Virus record (IMG/VR): IMGVR_UViG_3300010362_000064 | Span: 1-33,326 of that record | Source: a virus | Lineage: Duplodnaviria > Caudoviricetes | Strand: one strand, 5' to 3' | Length of the DNA: 33,326 nt | Part shown: positions 7,702 through 15,477 of the stretch, one piece after another | Layout: each line of letters opens with the position of its first letter | Position numbering within the stretch: the stretch's first letter is position 1 | Notes under the pieces: model-generated | The model's database searches: none | What the model was told of the DNA's origin: nothing | The model's input: only the letters and a program-made list of their open reading frames with translations | Translations under genes and position numbers: made by a program

Positions 7702-9044
7702 CAGCGCACCTCGATCTCAAACCGCCCGACCTTGGTTTTTGTCTGGGGTGTCGTCGGCGGCGTGTATTGCCCGCTCGCCACGCGCAGCATGTTGTCGCGC
7801 TTTTTCGTGATGAAATCGTCGAGCCCTTTCATCTTGGCTTTGATGGCGACTTCACTGTCGGTCACTTTCGGCGTGTAGCGGTCCAAGAGCGCTTGTTCGT
7901 TCGGGGTAAAGCTCGTGCCGCCGCGCAGCTTCGCGATCGTGCCTTGGATGTTGCCGATCTTGCTGCGCAGTTCGATTTCATCCGCCGACCCCGTGCCAAA
8001 GTACGTGGTGCCCGCCTCGCCCACACGACCCGCCCACGGCCCGGTCCCGCTCCACTTGATTTTGTCGCCGAGCGTCAGCGCATCCTGCCCCAACTGTTGG
8101 ACGGTCATCATCGTCGTCATGTCATCGCGCTCGGTGGGCGAGAGCTTGACGCCGGCCGCCCCGCCTGCGGCTTCGCGTTTCTCTTTGGCTTGCGCCACGG
8201 CCAGATGCCCTTGGGCCACGCCAAGCTGCCCGCGCGAGATGGCCAGACTCGCGTCCTGATATGCCTTCGTCTGCGCGCGGGTTTCCGCTTGCCCTTTCAG
8301 TTCCTCGCGCTTCGCCGGCTCGATACTCTGCTGCTGCGCCCATTGCACCGTCTCGGGCGAATACTGCCGCGGGAACTGCTGGAGAATGGCATCGGAGACG
8401 CCCAGCTGTTTGGCGCCGGCCAAGATGCCATCCAACTTGGCCTGCCCTTCCTCCGGTCGGATCGCGCCGATCATGCCCGCGACGGCGCGGTAATGATCGC
8501 CCTTCCCGAACGCCTCTAAGGCATCTTTCTGTCGCTGGTAACTGTCCTGCGCCGAGGTGGCCGCTTGGCGAAAGACCTCCACGCGTGCGGGATCGTAGGT
8601 CGGACCCATCTGCTGGGCGATGTCCGGTGACATCGTGGCGATCATCGGGAGCGCGACTTGATAGCTCGCGTCGTCGGTGACATGACTCAGCAAGCCGACC
8701 CCGATATCAATCTGCTTTTTGCGGAGGTCGGTTTGTTTGGTCAGGCCCTCGAACGTCTTGTTGCGCGCGTCGGCGATGTCGGTCTCCAGTTTCGCCGCGG
8801 CACTGGGTGCGATCTGGCGCAGCTGCGGCAGCGCTTTCTCCCAGTCGCCTCCGCTCTCCTGCATGACGCGACGAATGGCGGCATCGTCCATCGCCTTCTG
8901 CCGCGCCGCGTCGGCGGCGAGCCGGCGTGCCTCATTCTGTTCGCGCAGGCCCTGGAGCTGCGTGACCGCCGAGATCAGCTCCAGCGGTGACGTTTGCTGT
9001 TGCGGGGCTTGGACGCCGAGCGGGATCCGCGGATCTAAGGCCAT
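7701..9044 (-). CDS. DNA ejection/transfer protein (gp20-like position)
   Basis: MALDPRIPLGVQ start, Q/A-rich helical protein; synteny. Confidence 0.75.
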   Translation of the reverse strand: MALDPRIPLGVQAPQQQTSPLELISAVTQLQGLREQNEARRLAADAARQKAMDDAAIRRVMQESGGDWEKALPQLRQIAPSAAAKLETDIADARNKTFEGLTKQTDLRKKQIDIGVGLLSHVTDDASYQVALPMIATMSPDIAQQMGPTYDPARVEVFRQAATSAQDSYQRQKDALEAFGKGDHYRAVAGMIGAIRPEEGQAKLDGILAGAKQLGVSDAILQQFPRQYSPETVQWAQQQSIEPAKREELKGQAETRAQTKAYQDASLAISRGQLGVAQGHLAVAQAKEKREAAGGAAGVKLSPTERDDMTTMMTVQQLGQDALTLGDKIKWSGTGPWAGRVGEAGTTYFGTGSADEIELRSKIGNIQGTIAKLRGGTSFTPNEQALLDRYTPKVTDSEVAIKAKMKGLDDFITKKRDNMLRVASGQYTPPTTPQTKTKVGRFEIEVR

Positions 9045-9053
9045 GACGAACCT

Positions 9054-10040
9054 CTACATGCCCGGTCCATAGGGAACGACCCCATACGGGACATAACCCG
9101 GGACCGCTGGCGCGCCACTATTGCCGCCACCGTTCATCATCTGGCTCAGCAAGATCGTCTGCAGGGCGTTGTTCGTCCCGCTATTGATCCCCTGCTGCCA
9201 CGCATTCGCACTCCCCACCGTCCCCGCCGCTTGCGCATTGCCGCGCCCGGTGATGAGATCGGCGATCGTCTTGCCTTGATCCGTGAACGAGCCGCCGATC
9301 TGCGTCGCCTGGCCGCCGAGGATGTTGCCGGCCTGCCCCGCGTACGACGAGCCGAGCAGACCCTGCGACTTCGCCGCGTCCAGCCCGAGTTGGCTCATGC
9401 CGAGGAGCTGGTTGTAGCGCTTGTCGTATTCATTGCTGGCAAAGTCCTGCGCGTAGCGCTGCAAGCCCTTGAGCGTGCCCCCGGTCAGGAGCGTCCCGCG
9501 CGCGGCGGCACTCTTCTCGAGCGCTTTCAAGCCTTCGCCCAGCCGGAACTGGAAGCCGGGCGACTGCTCGAGACTCGCCATCATCTGGCTCGGGTCGCCG
9601 AACCCGCCCGCGCCAAAGCCCCCGCCCGCCGCGCCACCGCCCCCACCGGCCGCGGCGCCCGCAAATGGCCCACTCGTCGCGACGTCCTTGCCGCCCGCTT
9701 GCCAGCCGAGCATCCGCTTCCAGGCATAGCCAGGGTCCTTCTGCCACATCGACCGCCAGTACTCGACGTCGCCGCCGCCTTGCCCGCCGTAGGCGATCTG
9801 GTTGGCGAGTTGCGCGGCGGTTTCCAGATCGGGCGGCCGGGCGGGCAAGCCTTCTTCGGTGACCCAGCCGGGGTTGCCACCGCCCCCGGCGGAGAAGTCC
9901 TGGAGGGCGCGCTGATCCGGCGTGACGCCACCGGGCATCATCTGGGGCGGGCCTTGGCTGGCGAACCAGTCATCGCCCGCGAGTTCGCCGCTGCGGGGAC
10001 TGCGGATCCCGCCGGAGGGGTTCAAGGGATAGAGCGCCAT
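9054..10040 (-). CDS. DNA transfer protein carrying the C-terminal part of gp7-like proteins
   Basis: SPGFQFRLGEGLKALEKSAAARGTLLTGGTLKGLQRYAQDFASNEY...GNAQAAGTVGSANAW. Confidence 0.8.
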   Translation of the reverse strand: MALYPLNPSGGIRSPRSGELAGDDWFASQGPPQMMPGGVTPDQRALQDFSAGGGGNPGWVTEEGLPARPPDLETAAQLANQIAYGGQGGGDVEYWRSMWQKDPGYAWKRMLGWQAGGKDVATSGPFAGAAAGGGGGAAGGGFGAGGFGDPSQMMASLEQSPGFQFRLGEGLKALEKSAAARGTLLTGGTLKGLQRYAQDFASNEYDKRYNQLLGMSQLGLDAAKSQGLLGSSYAGQAGNILGGQATQIGGSFTDQGKTIADLITGRGNAQAAGTVGSANAWQQGINSGTNNALQTILLSQMMNGGGNSGAPAVPGYVPYGVVPYGPGM

Positions 10041-10052
10041 CGGTGTAATCCT

Positions 10053-10688
10053 CTAGGCGATTGCGCCATTGCGCCGCATCTCTTCGGCGCGCCACGCGGG
10101 GATCATCTGACCCCAGCCATTGTTGACCAGCCGATTCGGATCCCCTGGCATCGGGCCGCCAGACAGGCCCGGCCAGCCGCCCTGCGCGAAGCGCGAGAGG
10201 AGCATCGGCAGCTGTGGCCCGATCCACGGTCCACGCATTTGCGGCTGCCCCATCGGCGCCCCTGCCTGCCCCCCGCCCCACCACGGCGTCCACGGCCCTT
10301 GGGGTGGTGGCTGGCCGCCGGGGTTGAACCACTGGCCACCCTGATACGCGTTCGGGCCGGCGAGAACGTCACTCGCGGGTCGCGTCGGATCGATCCCGGG
10401 AAACAGCTGCGACCCCATCTGCAGCCCGCGTTGCAGAGCGGCGTCCCACGGGCTCCCGCCGGGGGCCGGCGTCTGCAGGCCCTGCATCGCCGCCTGCTGG
10501 GCCTCCGGCGATCCGGGATCGCCTTTGGCCCCGGTGAACCAGAGAGTGCCCGACGGGTCAGTCTTACCGGCCCCACCCACATCGCCCATCCCTGCAGGCA
10601 GCCGTGGCACGAGACCCGCCCCGCCACCCAACATGCCGCCGAGCATCCCGCCCACCCCGCCGATACTCCCGAACGGATAAAGCGCCAT
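10053..10688 (-). CDS. Gly/Pro-rich low-complexity protein, probable internal virion protein
   Basis: Fills the operon gap; shares the MALYP start with the next gene. Confidence 0.65.
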   Translation of the reverse strand: MALYPFGSIGGVGGMLGGMLGGGAGLVPRLPAGMGDVGGAGKTDPSGTLWFTGAKGDPGSPEAQQAAMQGLQTPAPGGSPWDAALQRGLQMGSQLFPGIDPTRPASDVLAGPNAYQGGQWFNPGGQPPPQGPWTPWWGGGQAGAPMGQPQMRGPWIGPQLPMLLSRFAQGGWPGLSGGPMPGDPNRLVNNGWGQMIPAWRAEEMRRNGAIA

Positions 10689-10691
10689 GAT

Positions 10692-11300
10692 TCACACTCG
10701 CTGGGCGCCGCGCGCCAGATAGAAGTCCACGTGGTCGGCCGGGACGGCCTGCGTTTGCCCATTCGGGGCGCGCAGCATGACCGTGGGGCTCGTCGTGCCC
10801 GTCCCGCCGCCCGAGAATCCCCGGGCCTCGAGCATCGCCCGCGCCTGGTCGGGTGGCACGCTGCGCGGAATCCCCGGCCCGAACGCCGCGAGCGCGCCCT
10901 GCGCGAGATTGCCCATCGCGCTCGGCGGTGGCATCCCCGCGCGATTGACCGGCGCGGCCATCGCACTCGTGCCCACGCCGGCTTGGGCCGGTAAGCCGAG
11001 CAGCGAGCTCAAGGCGGTCATGCCCGATGTGCCCGCCGAGGCAAACGGTTGCAGCCCGGCGCGGCCGAGCTCGTTCTGCTGTTGCGCGATCTGCAAGGCC
11101 TGGCCATAGAGCGGTTCCGCATACTGCCGTGCCCGCTCGTAGAGCGGTTCGATGTATTGGCGCGCCTCTTGCGCGGCCTGCATTTGCTGCTGACTGGCTT
11201 GTTTGGCGGCGTCGGCCTGCTTCTTCGCCCCGTAAATACTGGCCCCGGCTGCCGCGCCGCCGGCGATGATGAGCGCTGTACTGGTGGCGACCGACATCAT
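10692..11300 (-). CDS. DNA transfer protein carrying the N-terminal part of gp7-like proteins
   Basis: Start corrected to 11300 (ATGA overlap, SD GGAGG); AAAGASIYGAKKQADAA...LQPFASAG..ALSSLLGL. Confidence 0.8.
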   Translation of the reverse strand: MMSVATSTALIIAGGAAAGASIYGAKKQADAAKQASQQQMQAAQEARQYIEPLYERARQYAEPLYGQALQIAQQQNELGRAGLQPFASAGTSGMTALSSLLGLPAQAGVGTSAMAAPVNRAGMPPPSAMGNLAQGALAAFGPGIPRSVPPDQARAMLEARGFSGGGTGTTSPTVMLRAPNGQTQAVPADHVDFYLARGAQRV

Positions 11301-12313
11301 GCCCCTCCTGCCGGGGGAAAGACCCCGGTCCCAAACACGACTTGAATCAACCGCGCGCCGTCCGCTGCGCCGTAGTTTTCGTGGATGGCGCGCGAGTGAA
11401 AATACGGCGAGGGAAACAAGACCATCCGGTTCGGCTTGGCGGCCACGGTCTGCCACGGCTCCCATTGGTCGAGGTTCCGCCACGCCAGCCATTCGTCGAG
11501 GAGTTCCTCGCCGCTCGCGGTCATACTCTGAATCGCGCCGGTGGCCTTGCGCCGCCAGAACGTCGTCCCGTCCTCGGCCGGTGGATCGGGGTTGAGATAG
11601 AGGATCCCCGTCCAGTCGCCCATGTCCCGATCGGTATGGATGTAGTTGGGTTCCACCTGGCCGGCGGGACTCTGGCGTACGAAGGTGACGGTCGGCGTGA
11701 GCGAGGGATACTGCGTCTGGATCCACAGCGGCAGCTGCCCATCCACCTCGCGGCTGATGCCGTGGAAGACGACACCGGGCGAGGGTTCGACATCGCCGAA
11801 CGTCGTCGCGAGCACCGCCGCGCGATAGCTCGCCACATCGGGCAGGACGTCATCGATGACCGTCAGTGCACTCATCGCGGACGTCACGGGGGCATGGTAG
11901 GTCGTCTCGACCAGCCAATAGCCGCGCCGTTCGTAGAGCCGACCCACCCGCGCATCGGGCGCCATCATCTGGATCGTCGTCGCGCCGGTTTCGCAGGCCC
12001 AGCGTTCCGCGCGCTTCAAGAGCGCCACGCCGCACCCGCGCGCCTCGGGGTCGACCCACCACATCACCTCACCGACGGTCATCGCGCCGGTCAGGTGATG
12101 CGCGAAGCGAACCAGGCCGATCATCCCCACCACCTCGCCGTCGCGTTCGGCCACGAAGACGATGCTCGTCGGCATCGTCACGAGTTGCGTGGCCAACGTC
12201 TCCAGTTGCGCGGGATTGTCCGAGAAGGTCTCCCTGTAGGTCGCCTGCAGTTGCTGGCGGCCCATCGCCACGAGGCGGGGCACATCGGCGAGGGTCGCCG
12301 GGCGGATCAGCAT
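11297..12313 (-). CDS. GNAT acetyltransferase fused to a 2OG-Fe(II) oxygenase-like (DUF6445-like) domain
   Basis: N-half MLIRPATLAD...WWVDPEARGCGVALLKRAE...LYERRGY; C-half IHTD...GILYLN...GTTFW...NRMVLFPSPYFHS...RLIQV (HxD...H...R). Confidence 0.85.
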   Translation of the reverse strand: MLIRPATLADVPRLVAMGRQQLQATYRETFSDNPAQLETLATQLVTMPTSIVFVAERDGEVVGMIGLVRFAHHLTGAMTVGEVMWWVDPEARGCGVALLKRAERWACETGATTIQMMAPDARVGRLYERRGYWLVETTYHAPVTSAMSALTVIDDVLPDVASYRAAVLATTFGDVEPSPGVVFHGISREVDGQLPLWIQTQYPSLTPTVTFVRQSPAGQVEPNYIHTDRDMGDWTGILYLNPDPPAEDGTTFWRRKATGAIQSMTASGEELLDEWLAWRNLDQWEPWQTVAAKPNRMVLFPSPYFHSRAIHENYGAADGARLIQVVFGTGVFPPAGGA

Positions 12314-12465
12314 GGCAGGATCACAAACGGCTGCACGCGTTCCGGCACGCTGACGACGACGGCACTGGTCAGCACTTCCATCACCGCCTGCGTCACCCGC
12401 GCCGCGGGCGGCGCGGGCTGGCTCAGGATCTCGACAACGTCCTGCGTGATGCGCGCATCGGCCAT
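12307..12465 (-). CDS. Small virion-associated protein (52 aa; not in ORF track)
   Basis: MADARITQDVVEILSQPAPPAARVTQAVMEVLTS... with a duplicated AR(I/V)TQxVxE(I/V)L motif; fills the operon gap. Confidence 0.7.
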   Translation of the reverse strand: MADARITQDVVEILSQPAPPAARVTQAVMEVLTSAVVVSVPERVQPFVILPC

Positions 12466-12468
12466 CGG

Positions 12469-13518
12469 CTAACTCGTCCGCTTGAACCCGAACTCCGCGT
12501 TATTGAAATCCGCTTCGACCCACGCCGCGCTCGTCCCCGGGTTCGTCGCCGCGATCTGCAGGCCGTAGCCATAGGCCGTCGACGGGGCGAGATCGGCCCC
12601 GACATAGTTCGTGCTGCTGTGGCGAATCACCGGCGCCACCGTGCAGGTGCTCGCATCCATCTTCTTGATATTGAGGCAGTGCTGGACGCCGAGAATGGTC
12701 CCGCCCGCCACCGGCGCGTCTTGCACGACATAGGTATCGACGAGGCCGCTGGTCGTCGCGATCACGTAATCGGTATCGCCATTGGGCGTCGCGTCATCGA
12801 CTGCCGCCCAGTTCGCGCCGGCGGAGGGCGTCCACCCCGTGGTGGCGCCCGCGCCGGTCGGATACCGCGCATCCACGCGCACATCCCCGAGCACGGCGTT
12901 CCACGGGGCGGCGCCGGATCCATCCAGGACATAGAGATCGTCCACGACGACGTTCGCGGTCCCCGCCGTGCCCTGTAGCGAGTGCAGGCCGAAGCGGGTC
13001 CAGCCTGCGAGCGTGGCATCCTTGGTGTCCTGACTCGTGAGCGTCAGCACGGTCGTCCCGTTGAAGCGGACGGTGACGACGCCGACGGTATCGGAAATCG
13101 TGACGCGGATCTCCAGATACGTGAAGCTGCCCGTGGTGAGCGCCGAGGTCGCCCCGAGCACCGTGCCGCCGTAGTTCGGCCCCCGCCGGTAGTTGAGCGT
13201 ATTGCCCCCGGCGCCGTACAACCCGCCATGCCAGGCGCTGTTGTCCCCAACGGTAAAGAGCGGGTAATCGGCGTTGATGGTCGTCGGCTTGACCGCGCAG
13301 CCGAGGATGATCGTCGCGTCGGCCGGCGCGAGGGTCTTGGTCACAAAGGGCGCGACGGAGTTCGAGGCGCTGTTCCCTGACCGGACGGCGCCGCCGCTGC
13401 GACGGCCGCTCGTGGCGCTGATGTCGGTATAGGTCCCCCCGCTGTCGACGGTCGTCCATTTCGCCGCGAGATCCGCCGTCACGTAGTGGTCGAAGCTGTC
13501 CATGAAGAGGAGCGCCAT
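12469..13518 (-). CDS. Virion structural protein, lectin-like beta-sandwich (tail appendage)
   Basis: Start corrected to MALLFMDSFDHY; YLEIRVTISDTVG, DDLYVLD, LGDVRV motifs; Thr/Gly-rich. Confidence 0.75.
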   Translation of the reverse strand: MALLFMDSFDHYVTADLAAKWTTVDSGGTYTDISATSGRRSGGAVRSGNSASNSVAPFVTKTLAPADATIILGCAVKPTTINADYPLFTVGDNSAWHGGLYGAGGNTLNYRRGPNYGGTVLGATSALTTGSFTYLEIRVTISDTVGVVTVRFNGTTVLTLTSQDTKDATLAGWTRFGLHSLQGTAGTANVVVDDLYVLDGSGAAPWNAVLGDVRVDARYPTGAGATTGWTPSAGANWAAVDDATPNGDTDYVIATTSGLVDTYVVQDAPVAGGTILGVQHCLNIKKMDASTCTVAPVIRHSSTNYVGADLAPSTAYGYGLQIAATNPGTSAAWVEADFNNAEFGFKRTS

Positions 13519-13520
13519 GA

Positions 13521-15065
13521 TTACGTCGCCTGCACCGTCAACGACAGGACCACGCGCGTAACGGCGGTCGCGGAATCCACTTTGAACCCCAAAATATCCC
13601 CAGCAGAAATCGAAGTTATCCAACCAACGAGCGTCGTGTCGCGACTCTTCGTCGCACTACTGAGCGTCGGTTTCGCCGAGGCGGTAATCGTATCGGCCAC
13701 CGTCGGCGGATAGTTCGCATACGTATCTTTCCAGACGTCGATGACGATCGACCCGCTCGTCACCGCCGCATCGGTCGACAGCACCGTCGCCGCCGTGATC
13801 GTCCCAGCGAACGGGCACTCGACGAAGCCCTTCACGCCCGTGGTAATCGCGCTCCCGCCGCCGTCGATGAGGATCCCGACGGCCCCAATCCGCGGCGTCG
13901 TACTGGGCGCGGCGAACGTCCCGTCCGCGCGCAAGAACGTCGTGGTCCCCCCGGGATACCCGGCGAGCGCCGTCACCGTCACCGGATCGGCCGCCCCCGC
14001 GCTGTGGCGGCTCGCATGGACGAGCGGCGCATACAAGGCATCCGCCTGCGCCTGCGAGATCCCGGTCGCGCCGGCCGGCGTCAGCGCATGCGCCTGGAAC
14101 GTGACGTCGTCGAGATAGAACCCGATCGCCCCGCCGTAGTCCTCGATCCGGACCTGCGTGAGGACCTGCCCCTGCGGCACCGAGAAGGTGACGAGCGGAA
14201 TCGCCACCATCTGATAGCCGCTCGTGATCGACGAGTCGAAGCCGAACGTGCCGCTCGCGCGAATCTGCACGGCCGCGCCGACCTGCACGCCGGCATTGCG
14301 CAGCGTGACCAGCAGGCCGCGCGCGTTGTTCCAGGTCGCCTTGCTCCGCAGGAACAAGAGCAAGTGATCGGAGTCGGCGGGGTCGAACGTCCCCGTGCCG
14401 ATCTGCCCCTGCGCGTAGACGCCGGCCGCCACGCTCGTGCCTTCGATCAACTTCGTGCCGGCATGCGCGAGCGAGGCGTTGTTGACGCCCACGACGATCG
14501 AGGCGCCGCTGCTCGTCCAGTTCCATTCGGTCGGTGCGCCGACATTCTCGGCATACAGGAGGACATTCACGACGGCCGGCGGGGCGGTGGTCGCGTGCGT
14601 GACGAAGACCAGCGCGAGTTTGAGATATTGCGCCGGATCGACGCTCGGCTCGGACGGCGTCGCCGACGGCGTGCCGGTAATCTTGATGACCGTCCCCGTG
14701 GTGTCGAGTGCGATGACATCGATCCGATCGAGCGTCGCGTCCGGGGCGGTGAGCGTGACCGTCTGTTCGGCGCTCGTGTAGGGCGTCGCGTTGAGGTAAT
14801 AACTCGCCGCACTCACCCGGAAGGTGTAGAGCGACTCCCACGCCACCTGCCCGCCCGCGATGAGGAAGGTCGAGGCGACCGCGCCCGGGGCCGGCGGTGG
14901 CACCACGCCCGCGCCGGCGCCGCTGTAGGCCTCCCACGTCGTGCCGTTCCAGCGCTCGGTGATCCCGGCATCGGTCACAAACCAGAGCGTGCCGACCGTG
15001 AGCAGCGTCGCGCTCCCTTGGGCGGCTCGCGTGCCCCGGCGATGGATGTCAGGAACGGTCGGCAT
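13521..15065 (-). CDS. Modular tail fibre / receptor-binding protein
   Basis: RRGTRAAQ...GTLWFVTD N-module, RIDVIALD module, CBM-like middle, TTFLRADGTFA repeat, IDGGGSAITTG C-module. Confidence 0.75.
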   Translation of the reverse strand: MPTVPDIHRRGTRAAQGSATLLTVGTLWFVTDAGITERWNGTTWEAYSGAGAGVVPPPAPGAVASTFLIAGGQVAWESLYTFRVSAASYYLNATPYTSAEQTVTLTAPDATLDRIDVIALDTTGTVIKITGTPSATPSEPSVDPAQYLKLALVFVTHATTAPPAVVNVLLYAENVGAPTEWNWTSSGASIVVGVNNASLAHAGTKLIEGTSVAAGVYAQGQIGTGTFDPADSDHLLLFLRSKATWNNARGLLVTLRNAGVQVGAAVQIRASGTFGFDSSITSGYQMVAIPLVTFSVPQGQVLTQVRIEDYGGAIGFYLDDVTFQAHALTPAGATGISQAQADALYAPLVHASRHSAGAADPVTVTALAGYPGGTTTFLRADGTFAAPSTTPRIGAVGILIDGGGSAITTGVKGFVECPFAGTITAATVLSTDAAVTSGSIVIDVWKDTYANYPPTVADTITASAKPTLSSATKSRDTTLVGWITSISAGDILGFKVDSATAVTRVVLSLTVQAT

Positions 15066-15153
15066 CGGGTTCTTGCGATTCTTGCGATTCGAAATAATCG
15101 CAATTCATCGGGTTCTTGCGATTCTTACGATTCTTGCGATTCGAAATCATCGA
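15063..15153. repeat. Intergenic duplicated unit containing 9-bp tandem repeats (TTCTTGCGA)
   Basis: CATCGGG-(TTCTTGCGA)2-TTCGAAAT then CATCGGG-(TTCTTRCGA)3-TTCGAAAT. Confidence 0.9.
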
Positions 15154-15162
15154 AACTCAGCC

Positions 15163-15477
15163 TTACGGCGTCGGCACGAAGCCGACGATGCAGTCTCCGT
15201 TCGTGTCGAAGAGCAACTCCGCGATCGGCGTCACGGCGTCGGTGATCGGCGTCCAGTAGCCGAACTGGTCGAGCGGTTTCGTCGCGAGCGTCCCGTTGTC
15301 GTTGTAGATGATGTCGCCATCCCCCGCACCCGGTGGCAGGACAATCGTCCCCGCATCAATGCCCGAGGTGCCGGACGCGAGCGAGAGAAAGAACAGGTGC
15401 CACGGCTTCGTCACGCGGCCGGTCTGCTTGTCGAGCAGCGGCTGCTGATACGGCGGATAGCTCGGGGGAATGGCCAT
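15163..15477 (-). CDS. gp26 (tail needle/plug)-like small protein
   Basis: PPYQQPLLDKQTGRVTKPWHLFFLSL N-terminus, typical of the gene after gp10; TGATG coupling. Confidence 0.65.
   Translation of the reverse strand: MAIPPSYPPYQQPLLDKQTGRVTKPWHLFFLSLASGTSGIDAGTIVLPPGAGDGDIIYNDNGTLATKPLDQFGYWTPITDAVTPIAELLFDTNGDCIVGFVPTP

Noticed and set aside
9231-10994. 587-aa + strand ORF
   Set aside because: Antisense shadow of ejection genes; Arg/Ala-rich with no motifs, as expected in high-GC DNA
15063-15153. CRISPR array
   Set aside because: Repeats are contiguous 9-mers in two units without unique spacers, and there are no cas genes
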